Positions 52,775-64,000 of a stretch of DNA of 64,000 nucleotides are shown here, in pieces. A program made the translations under genes and the position numbers. Origin of the DNA: Octopus vulgaris (Eukaryota); NCBI GenBank assembly GCA_951406725.2, contig OX597820.1, positions 86,242,001-86,306,000 of the forward strand, in the 5' to 3' direction. The notes beneath the pieces were generated by a model that saw only the letters and a program-made list of their open reading frames with translations, ran no database searches and was not told where the DNA came from. The first letter of the stretch is position 1. The number at the start of each line of letters is the position of its first letter.

Positions 52775-53370
52775 CTACGACAAATTCTTTTACTCTAAGC
52801 CAAAATTAAATCTCTTCACCAACTTGTGTAAAGAACTAACGTATGTTATCATTTGAATACAAACGACTTCTCGAATTGGAAAAGACATTTTCGATACAAG
52901 CAAACGCTCTACGTGCAATTTTATTTACGTACGTGGAACAAAAGAAATATATGTGCATTTGCGATTTCGGCAGCATGTACAGCATTGGGCCTTACAATTA
53001 ACTAGAAGAAAATTGTTCTAATGTACCAATCTACTCATCTAAACTTTATATGAAACATACTATAACTGTGAATGGTCAAAGGTTAGAAGCTGCAATTAAA
53101 TTCATTTATATTTAGGAAGTACTTTGATCACTACTACTCTTAATAATGAAATTTCGTATAGAATCAGCAAGGCTAGTAGTGCCTTTGGTAGGCTTGACAA
53201 ATGCCGTTGTCATGCCCTAGTATATTTTTCCAAATTAAAGTTAGAACATGTGTTTTGCCATCGTTTCTATATGGAAGAGAGCCATGGATTGTAGGCATTT
53301 ATGACATTTGGAACGATATCATCAATATTGGAATCTTTGGAGAATTCTTGAATCGTGAGGTCATTTTCTC
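52775..53370 (+). mobile_element. Decayed RTE-type LINE fragment
   Basis: TVNGQRLEAAIKFIYLGSTL, NEISYRISKASSAFGRL and VLPSFLYGREPW. Confidence 0.8.
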
Positions 53371-53447
53371 TTCTCATTTAGACCTGTTCTCAGTTACCAT
53401 TTGGTAACTGTGATGAATTGTCTCAAAGTGGAGATAATTTTGATAAA

Positions 53448-53505
<58 letters not shown>

Positions 53506-53605
53506 CAATAATAATAAAGGGTAAAATTAATTAATCAATTAATAATTAATAACTTTACCAAGTAGTTCGGTGTGTTAAAAGAACCATTATCGGTAAACTT
53601 ATGCA

Positions 53606-53808
53606 AAAATTCTATAATTATGAGCATAATTATAATTAGGGTTCAGCAAAATTTATTTCACCACTTACCTGCGTGAGTTATAGAGTATTGCTGTCTAGGA
53701 GATATCTTATGGTAGTAGAATAGTATTTTAACTGCTATTTCTAAATTTCGGTACGTGGTGAAGCAAATTTTGCTGAACCCTAATTATAATTATGCTCATA
53801 ATTATTGA

Positions 53809-53811
<3 letters not shown>
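53606..53811. repeat. Inverted duplication within a repeat lying between two (TA)n tracts
   Basis: TAATTATGAGCATAATTATAATTAGGGTTCAGCAAAATTT at ~53615 has an exact reverse complement at ~53765-53804. Confidence 0.85.
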
Positions 53812-53867
<56 letters not shown>

Positions 53868-54152
53868 TTAAAGTAGTGAGTAATGACAAACAATTACGGA
53901 ATACTTCACAAGAATATATAGTTTAATGTAGTTTATTTTAGCTTTGCCTAATAGTTTGTTTTCCTCATTACTTTAACCTGTACCTATTGACTCAAGAAGA
54001 AGCCACTCATTGCCGGTTTTGCATAGTACAGTCTCTTACCACACCTTCAGCTGCTGTTCAAACTGGAATTCTAGTGGCACATCTATTTGAGCACTCAGAA
54101 AACATGACTATTAGTTTGAGGCACCCTGACGAAAACTACTTCTATACTTTAT

Positions 54153-54620
54153 GGGTGCACCTGTGGCTTGCTTCTCAACCACATGGTTCCAAGTTCAATC
54201 CCACTGCCTGGCATCTTTGGTAAGTGTCTTCTACTATAGTCTCTGGCCGACCAAATCCTTGTGAGTGGATTTGTTAGACGGAAAGTGAAAGAAGTCCGTC
54301 GTATATATATATGTGTGTGTGTGTATGTTTGTATGTATATATATATATATATACACAGTCAAAAATTGTGAAGCATGACTGTCAACACTACTACATGAAC
54401 CCGAAGATTGCAGAATTCAATGCATGAAAGTACTAGTTCAATCAGAATGAATATTTAACATTCTACTATTTCATTTTATTTTATTCAATTATAATATATT
54501 ATCTTATAATATATCATTATAAGATTGTAAATAAAACGTGAAAATCAGACAAGGTTGGAATTCTTTTTATTAATATATTCTTCTATACACAATCACACAC
54601 ACCCATATATATATATATCT

Positions 54621-54652
<32 letters not shown>

Positions 54653-54801
54653 TGTATACATTTATGTATGTGTATATATATATATATATATATATACACA
54701 TACACACAAACACACACTAGCAATGCACCCCAGCGTTGCCCAGATGCTGTGACCTACACCCACATTGTATTACATATATATGACCTATTTTCGAGTTCAA
54801 A

Positions 54802-54859
<58 letters not shown>

Positions 54860-55062
54860 GTGTGTGTGTGTGTCTGTGTTTGTCCACCCGCCATCGCTTG
54901 ACAATTGATGCTGTTCTGTTTATTTCCCTATAACTTAGCGGTTCGGCATAAGAGCCGAAAGGAATAAGTCTTACGGTCGATTTATTCGATTAAAAGCCTT
55001 GAAGGCGGTGTTCCAGCTTGGCCGCACGCAGTCAAATGTCTGAAACAAATAGAAGACTAAAA

Positions 55063-55065
<3 letters not shown>
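54153..55065 (+). mobile_element. CORE-like SINE: 5' half (54153-54303) and 3' half (54870-55065) separated by ~560 bp
   Basis: The halves are colinear with the 19031-19443 copy, and the break lies at the internal microsatellite. Confidence 0.8.
54717..54806 (-). mobile_element. Helitron 3' end or mini-Helitron
   Basis: The minus strand reads CTGGGCAACGCTGGG GTGCATTG CTAG|T, the same hairpin family as at 384 and 59389. Confidence 0.6.
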
Positions 55066-55099
<34 letters not shown>

Positions 55100-55829
55100 T
55101 ATATCATGGTGTCAGACAGACTATCGCTGTTATTGTTATCCGCATATGTCAAAAGTTTCGCTATAGGCAAACATTACATTATAAATGAATACGCAGAACA
55201 TACACATAAATAAGAATATTAAACTCTCATCTACTAAACAGGCCAGTTAGCTCCGCTACAAATACCAAAAGCAATTTTGATAAAAATAATACATTTACTT
55301 GAAAATACGACCAATGTAACTGTTCCTCATCGAAATCCAAGAAATATGACTCTTTACTATTTAAGAAACATATTTCTAATATTTCTAATATCGATAGTAT
55401 TACACGAAATACTTTCCATTTTACTGGCGCTAACCTTACGCGTTATATGCAATAAGTCATCTACTAATGCAATAAATGACTCTCATCACTCTCAAAGCTA
55501 TAATAACCTATCATTGAAGTAGTACTAGAAGAAATAGGAAATGTAATATTAACTGATTTAATGTTCCGTTTCCAAGAATTTTGTCAAAGCGAAGATTGTA
55601 CTTTTATTCTTTCAAATTCTTAAAGATAATTTTCTTCCTCAACATAAGTGCTACAAACTTTTCAGCATGTAGACCCTAACATCAAATCGCTATATTTTAT
55701 ACAAACATAATATTTATTCTACGCACACAAGTCTAGTGTTAATAATAATTATATTTCCGAATATAATTCATATGATAGTATCGGTTATAATTTTAATCCT
55801 GGAATGGGTAACAATGGTCATGATCATAA

Positions 55830-56492
55830 ATATTTCTACAATAGCCAAAAAGCATGATACTTTGCGGTAGAAAGCTGACCATAGCCCGCAGTAAACAACT
55901 GGTACTTATTTTATCAATTCAGAAAGGCTTGTGGGCAAAAAGACCTCGACACTTTGCCCGACGTACTAATGATTTTACCAGCTCACTGCTAGTCATATGA
56001 ATAGTACTAGTACTTATAGTAATAATAGAATATTAATAATGATAATGGTGGATATAATGGTTGTTACAATATTGATTATCCTCTTAATGATAACCATGAC
56101 CACTGTGATAAAAATAATAATAATCCTTTCTTCTGAAGGCACAAGGCCTGAAATTTGGGTGGAAGACGACTAGGAGGGACATGAAAAGCAATGTCGACCT
56201 CGGCGGAATTTGAACTCAGAACGTAAAAACTGACGAAATGCCGATAAGCATTTTGCCCGTCGTCCCAATATTAATGGGTTTCAAAATGTTGCACAAGGCC
56301 AGTGAGTTCGAGAGTGGGTGATAATCGATTACATCGACTACAGTGCTAAAGTGGTAATTATTTTGTCGACCCCGGAAGGATAAAAGGCAAAGTCGATCCC
56401 GGCGGTGTGTGAAATCAGAACGTAAATACAGACGAAATGGCGCTAAGCATTTTTGCCCGGTGCAATAACGACACTGCCAGCTCTCCGCCTTC
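55830..56492 (-). mobile_element. Cluster of three Meta/MESC-like SINE copies or fragments
   Basis: 55830-55990, 56125-56270 and 56275-56492 carry GCACAAGGCC tails and GGCAAAGTCGA...GAAATG.CG.TAAGCATTTTGCCCG. Confidence 0.8.
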
Positions 56493-57786
56493 ATAACAAT
56501 AATGATATTAATACAATTAACAAAAAGGAGTAACGTAACATAGATGATTTTTATATTAACTATTAAATAACGAGATTAAAATCAGAAATAGAAATAATAT
56601 CTCTGTCAGTATCAAAGGTAACAATACTTTATCTGTATCTTTATTTTACCAGATAAAGACTGATGTATTTGTTGGGTGAAAGTTAATTATACGCTAAACG
56701 GTTTCTGCAAACGTAATAACATGTTTTATAAACTTACAGTTAAAGCACATAACTGCTCTGAATTCTATATTGGCTCCATTTCTAATTTGAAAAGATATTA
56801 ATCGCCAACCATTCCTTTTCTAAGAATATCTTAACTAACACTACATGTATCGTTCAATATATTTTCACTTTGAATGCGAAAAATATTCCTTATTATTTGG
56901 AATGAGACATTCTAAAATCTTCAGATTTATATCAAGGTATCGAAAAACTCTACATGTTATGTAAATGTGAAATTTTAGAGTTCATTCAAACTGGCCTACA
57001 TAATTTGTTGAATTCTAAGTACAATATTAGGAATTATCACCACTTAATTTTTTACACCCACAGGTACATAAGTATATATGTGCAGACTCACGCACGAGAA
57101 TATATAGATAAGCATACAAGCAATGATTTTCACGCATACGCTTAAGTGGAAATTAAAAGTAGAAACCAAAAACAATTCATCTTCGCATCTTTCCTTGAAC
57201 AACTAACATTCATGCTTAGGACTAGAATATGAATGTAACTACAATACGTTTTGGGATTATATTGTAGGTTAAACCAAATACTAATACTGAGACATATCTC
57301 TCTTCTATACATTTTCTGATTCTTCTATCAGTTATCGCATTTATTTTGAACATGTTTTGTATGGTGCATATTTCATATATCGTAGATATGTATACCATTA
57401 TTCCCGTATATAAATATTTAATTATATATAGATATGCGAACATACCATTTCTATGCTGGGGTATATATCTAAGCGAAACATCTGTTTGTGCGAGTGTTTA
57501 TTAGTATACACGCCTGCATATGTATACATATATATATATAAATGTATGTTTACATGTGTGTGTCCACATATATAATATACATATGTGCATCTATACGCGT
57601 GAATGAGATTTACTAGTATACGTATCTATGAGTGAATGTTTACACACACATACACAACGCATACACTCAACACACATACATATTTAGTGAGAACATAAAT
57701 CTGTAATTTATGTTACTTAGGTTTATATGTATGTATATAAGTGCATGTGGTCAAATCTATATATGCGCGAGCTTGTGTATCTCTCC

Positions 57787-57859
<73 letters not shown>

Positions 57860-57860
<1 letters not shown>

Positions 57861-59022
57861 CTCTTATTATAAAAGGCAGATTTTATCTGCCTCCCTTTGG
57901 GAGTTATACAAATCTACAATATAGGATTTCTTCAATTACAATTTACCTAGCATTTTTAAGAGTAGAATGCATCGCGTCATGCCAGGTCCAGTTTTTAAAA
58001 TTTAAACTCCAATTAAGCAAAATTTACAGAAAACTCACATTCTGGTGTGTGTGTCAAATGCTTTTCTTAGTCTGGTTTACACCACACGCAAACGCACACA
58101 CACAGTGTGCGACGAATAAAATGAAAGTAAATAGCGACAGAGTGATTTGAGGAAGACTAAACTGAAAGTATTTAAACCACTACTCAAAAAATAAAAAAAC
58201 ACAGCAAACAGAAACAAATAAATACATAACCATTTACTCCTCACACAATTTCTTCAATTAGAATTTACCTAAGATTTTTCAGAGTACTTCAGTGGGTGAT
58301 GCCATAAAAAATTTCTTTCAATTTTACCACCAATTAAGACAAAATTCGAGAAAACTCAATATTTTAACATATCACTCCGAAAGCATTGATGTACATGTGT
58401 GCGTGCGTGAGTGTGTGTGTGTCATTCCTCACACACACGCATACACGTACATATACAACTACATACAACTACATACACATACAACTACATACAAACACGT
58501 GTGTGTTTGTTATTAGTAAAAAAGGCGCCAAAACTCAACTCACTTATCATTCCAACACATTTGCAAAGACACACGGACGGACAGAAAAGGTAAATTGGTT
58601 TTTATTTTACTCTGTATATATTATATTATATAATATTATATATAGATATATGTATATATAATTGCAGTATGAACCAGTGTTTATGTATAAACAGACGACA
58701 CTTATATATAGTTACCAAGCCGCCCGAATTTACCTATTCATATTTAAATGAGAATATCAGAGCAAATCTCTTTAGTACATTCGTGAAAACACGTATTATA
58801 CTTCGTAAACACTTCAACTACAGTTTTGTACAAAAATCGAAGTGTAATTCCGTGAATTATGGGAGATTTTTTTCCGAAATTTGTTCCTATTGTTTTTTCA
58901 AAATTTGTAATTCTGACAAAAAATGGATACGAATTTCATTATATCAAGCAGCGAGTCAGAATTCGAAGGATTTTCTACTGAAGACCTTCATAAATCTAAC
59001 TCTATGACTGAAAAAAAAAGCA
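57860..59022 (+). mobile_element. Probable upstream Helitron segment (5' end at 57860)
   Basis: A|TCTCTTATTATAAAAGGCAGA start and internal sub-duplication (TTCAATTA.AATTTACCTA...CAATTAAG.CAAAATT...AGAAAACTCA at ~57930 and ~58253). It has no 3' end of its own. Confidence 0.45.
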
Positions 59023-59415
59023 TCTTTATATAAGAGTGAAGTTGTGTGTCTGTCTCCTACGATTTAGATTCTTAACTACTCCCACATTTTGCGGTGCAGT
59101 TTAACCAAAAGCGGGTATCTTATAGTCGTGATTCATATCGAGCCCTTCTGGGTATTAGCGTGCGTCTACGATGAGTCTTCGATTTAAAAAAATTTACCAT
59201 CATATTTTTCCATTTTAATGCATTTTTTTCGCTTTTATATAAGGGAAGTAACTCTCTAAAAATATCTACGATGTGTCAACGATTTAAAAAAAATTTACCT
59301 TAATTTTTTTTCAATTTTTAATGCATTTTTTTGCTATTTTTTGGCTATAACTCTCTATAAATGCTTATATAGTTATTTCCCTTACAAACCCGAGCAACGC
59401 CGGGCGATACTGCTA

Positions 59416-59416
<1 letters not shown>
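59023..59416 (+). mobile_element. Non-autonomous Helitron
   Basis: A|TCTTTATATAAGAGTGAAGTTGTGTGTCTGTCT 5' end, hairpin CCCGAGC-AAC-GCCGGG and CTAG|T at 59413-59417. Confidence 0.8.
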
Positions 59417-59458
<42 letters not shown>

Positions 59459-59507
59459 AATATATATATACATATATATACTTATTCATATGTATATGTA
59501 TATGTAA

Positions 59508-59556
<49 letters not shown>

Positions 59557-60299
59557 TATATATATTTTTACATATAGATAGATAAATACATAGATCTTAA
59601 GCTGTAGAATTACCTCTACTACTATGTATATATATATGTATATGTTTAGTTTACATATGTATGTGCAATGCCTGTTTATGTATATATGTATAAATATATA
59701 TATATATGTGTGTGTGTGTGTGCGTGTGTAAGAGAATGTGTGAATACAAATAACTGTCTATGCATGTGTATACACACCCACCATATATATATATATATAC
59801 ATGCACGCACACATAGATGCATACATACTTACAGGTAGACAAACACGCGTATACACAGATACATATACACGCACACACAGACATGAACGCATGCACGCAT
59901 GCACACACTTTATACACGCTCCTCTCAACTATAGTAAATTACTGAGAAATCTCCTACGCGGTTCTTCGTACTTCTAAATGTCGCTACTGAAATCTCTCAC
60001 TGCGTTCTGCTAATTTAAACAAACGAAGGGTACCAAGAATACTATGGAAACCCTAAAGATAGACAAATTTTGGAAAACTAGACATTGAAGACATAATTAG
60101 AAAATTTCAGAATATAAATTTATCAAACCGTGGTAGTTTACATCCTGCGAAATTAAAATATCCTCATAAATAACAGTAACAACAAGTCCTCAAAAATAGC
60201 AGTAACAACAAGTCAACAATAACAATACAAAGCCACTCGACCTGCTGCTAATAGCAGCGAAATCGCTGTCAAATGTCTCCCTCCAATTTTACATATAGA

Positions 60300-61300
60300 C
60301 GGGCAATGTAGTAGTAAATGATTGATATGCATGCAGAAGAAATGGCCACAGCTGCAAAGCTTTGGCATTCAGAATAAGCGATTGTGAACGGTGCATGATG
60401 TAACACGTCACCATATGCTGGAGTCAGAGTCTCATCAGACGTTGAAGTAGCTCTGTAGATATGTCGGCCTTTCCACCGCAATACAAGAGCTGTCGGCACC
60501 ACTCAAGCGACAGAACTCCGAACTACACGAGATGTGTTGAGTTAGATAATACGAATCAAGGCCAGAATTTTCTACTTCCTCAATGCTCATTCTTGATGTC
60601 CTACTCATCTTCTCTCTTGGGCCTGCTTTTTCTCTCATGTTCATGTTCAGTACTCTCACCTCCAGTCCTTGTTTTTGAGTCAAATGTAATGGCTTACTTT
60701 CTCAGTAGCTTCCGAAAACTTTCTGGCAACCTATTTTGTTTTATTCGCCGTTAGTCATAAACCCTCCAGCATCAAGCAAACCTTGGTTCCAACAAATCCT
60801 CAGAGAACTAGCTCTATAGGAAGGCATATTACCTCCCATCCGTTGTTTCCTCAGAGTTCAACCAGCTCGCCATATTTTCTGTCTTTGCTGAGAGAACTGC
60901 TTTCGGTGTTCGCGTCTCAGAAAACTAACTCTCCATCTTACCATTTTCAACACATCTTTTTTCTGCACCTTGTACCCAATGACATGGTCGGGTCTTTTTG
61001 TCGCAAAAGTGGAGAGAGATATTTACCGTGAACGTCAAGTGAGAAATGCCGCGTCTATTCCCATTTTGGAGCATTCTACTCCCTTACAATGACTGCTTGC
61101 TGCGTTCATATTCCTTGCTAAACTGAATCTTCCCACGCTCCACTACGTATGGTCTTTCGCCATCGATGATTTTCACTTAGCTATGCCATCATGTATATCT
61201 GAGTTTCCGAATTAGTGAGCAGTTGGACAATATTTTCCATATCAAGCTAATCGACATTAGCATATACCACTTGCTTCCATTTTCCACTGCTTTAATTTTG
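60300..61300 (-). mobile_element. Very old LINE remnant, probably RTE-type
   Basis: Scattered peptides DAGG, SFRKLL and LRWKGRH in an order consistent with the RTE RT C-terminal region. Many frameshifts. Confidence 0.4.
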
Positions 61301-61365
61301 GAGGACTACTCAATGAGAGCTAACCCGAGGAAAAGCAACAGAGACAACGATGGCAACAATATATA

Positions 61366-61410
<45 letters not shown>

Positions 61411-61412
<2 letters not shown>

Positions 61413-61660
61413 CAATTGCAGCGTGGAAGATGTTTATAGGCATCACGGAATGAGATGCAGCACGGGACTTTATCAATGAACAGGTCGCGGTCTCAAAGCG
61501 AAGAAAATATTTTGACAAATTAAATTTAAATGTTGAAGTGAATCTAACGGTTTTTGTGTGTTTCTTAAATGGCTTATAAACACCTTCCACGCTGCAATTG
61601 TTTTCGTTCCAGCACACGATCTCAGATCAGGTCACATACTATGCAAGTACATCTCCGTAA
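61411..61660. repeat. Dispersed repeat with a 29-bp inverted duplication (61411-61439 / 61574-61602)
   Basis: AACAATTGCAGCGTGGAAGATGTTTATA versus TATAAACACCTTCCACGCTGCAATTGTT. The body is homologous to 12570-12726. Confidence 0.75.
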
Positions 61661-61937
61661 TATTTCTAGATAGATAGATATAGATAAACAAAAATAACAA
61701 TGGCATCAACAACTTCGATAACAAACAAAATTATCGGCTGACAGTGATTCGCACTAGAGAAAAAGAACCAGTTCAATTTTATTTTGATTTGGTCCCGTGC
61801 TACTTGAAGTAGCACGAAATCCAAATGAAACTATTTTGAATAATACATGTAACTATTAATAAATGTGTTGAGAGCTTTTTCTTTCGTGTGTCCATTCATG
61901 TATGTGTATATATAAACATCTATGTATGTATGTATGT

Positions 61938-62161
<224 letters not shown>

Positions 62162-62489
62162 GCTTAAAATGTATACAGATAACTATATATAGATATAAAT
62201 AGATAAGTTTAAAATGCAATGTGTGCCCTCTTGAAGGACAATCAAATAATACTATCATATTTTTTTATAATATTAGTTGATATTCCGTCTGCAGAATTTT
62301 TAATAGAAGATATATGATATTTACTACGTGTACAAATTTGAAACTCCTATCAGCAAATGAAACATGTGTAATGGAATATAAATAATACCAATCCTCTATA
62401 CTCATATACGTGTGTATGTATGTATACCTATACATATGTATATATATGTATACAGATATATAAGAATGCATATATAAAAACACAGATAC

Positions 62490-62524
<35 letters not shown>

Positions 62525-62801
62525 ATATAAGCATTCATATAAATACATCTATGTATTTATAATTATATATATATATGTTAGCTTTGTTTATATATCTACT
62601 ATATAGGTTATTTATATATATTTCTGTTTGTGTTTGGTGTGTGTGTGCATGTGATTGTGTATTTATATATATGCCTGTGTGTGTATATACGTGTATGTAC
62701 GTATATGTATGCACATGAATGTGTGTATTTATATGCATATATATGTGAAGGTATACATTATATATATATATATACTGATAATTTGTTCATATATATATAT
62801 G

Positions 62802-62896
<95 letters not shown>

Positions 62897-63062
62897 ATAC
62901 ATACATCTGTGCGGGTGAGTATGTGTGTGTGCATGTGTATGGGGTGGTGTTTCTGTGTATGAATGTTTGTATATACACATCTACATAACATTGGCTTTCT
63001 GCCTAGACGCAACTAGTACCAACCTTCACCACAACCACTATTAAAACTACTACTACTACTAC

Positions 63063-63112
<50 letters not shown>

Positions 63113-63115
63113 TTG

Positions 63116-63150
<35 letters not shown>

Positions 63151-63750
63151 GCCGCGGACAGTGCTACTGCTGCTGCGGCTGCTCCCATTACAAAGAATGC
63201 AGCATTTTAAATTGAAATTATATATACTTTATGGTCTATTGTTTCCTTGATATGAATGCTATCGCAGTTGTTGTTGCTCTTGTGTTTCCTAGTATTCTTA
63301 GTGGTTGTTATTAGCACTGAGTTGTTGCCGTTGTTGTTGTTGTTGTCGTTGCTGCAGCTGCTGAGGCCAACTTCAGATATTGAAAAATCACTGAAGCAAA
63401 TTTTGAAATGCTCTGTTACTTTTAGCATTAGTAGTTGATCTCTTCTTTACCCCAATGTGTTTAGGAGAGTTCATATCTACATGTATATGTATTGCCTCTG
63501 TTGTCTGTGCGTATGTGGGAATGTGTATATCTATGTGTGCATACATTTGATTATATATATATGTACGTGTATCCCTTTCAATTTGTTTGCGCACACGTTT
63601 ATGTAGATTGTGTATGTGCAAAAACATAATACATATATGATATACATGATATATATATATGCATATATATTCTGTATAAGAGAGGTTATATATCATTTTA
63701 TGTGAATATGTGTATATATATGTCTATATATACATATATAAATGTGTGTG

Positions 63751-63812
<62 letters not shown>

Positions 63813-64000
63813 TATATGTGTATATATACATATATATATATACTTATATATATATGTTATATATCATTTTACGTGTATATATGTATATATATGTATATAT
63901 GTGTATATATAAATGTACGTATATATATATATATATATATATACAGACACATGTAAATATGCATATAAGTATATGTATATGCATATATGTGTGTGTATAT

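Overview
AT-rich, microsatellite-saturated metazoan DNA. The SINE and LINE families point to a coleoid cephalopod, most likely Octopus (inference from repeat content). I found no convincing host protein-coding gene, and nearly all listed ORFs are microsatellite translations, so the window reads as intron or intergenic DNA. Recognisable content is transposon debris: four R4/Dong-type (RLE) LINE fragments, two Tx1/L1-type LINEs, three RTE-type fragments, a Penelope-like GIY-YIG remnant, several Helitron ends with a decayed PIF1 helicase, mariner derivatives and two tRNA-derived SINE families. The most notable signals are four. (1) Minimal type I hammerhead ribozyme motifs with palindromic stem III, one downstream of a tRNA-type Pol III head in a SINE-like unit. 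(2) A SINE 3' tail that matches the 3' end of the Tx1 LINE. (3) (AAT)n-targeted Dong insertions with a shared 3' UTR fold. (4) Recurrent fold-back duplications. All alignments and folds were done by eye, and boundaries are approximate.
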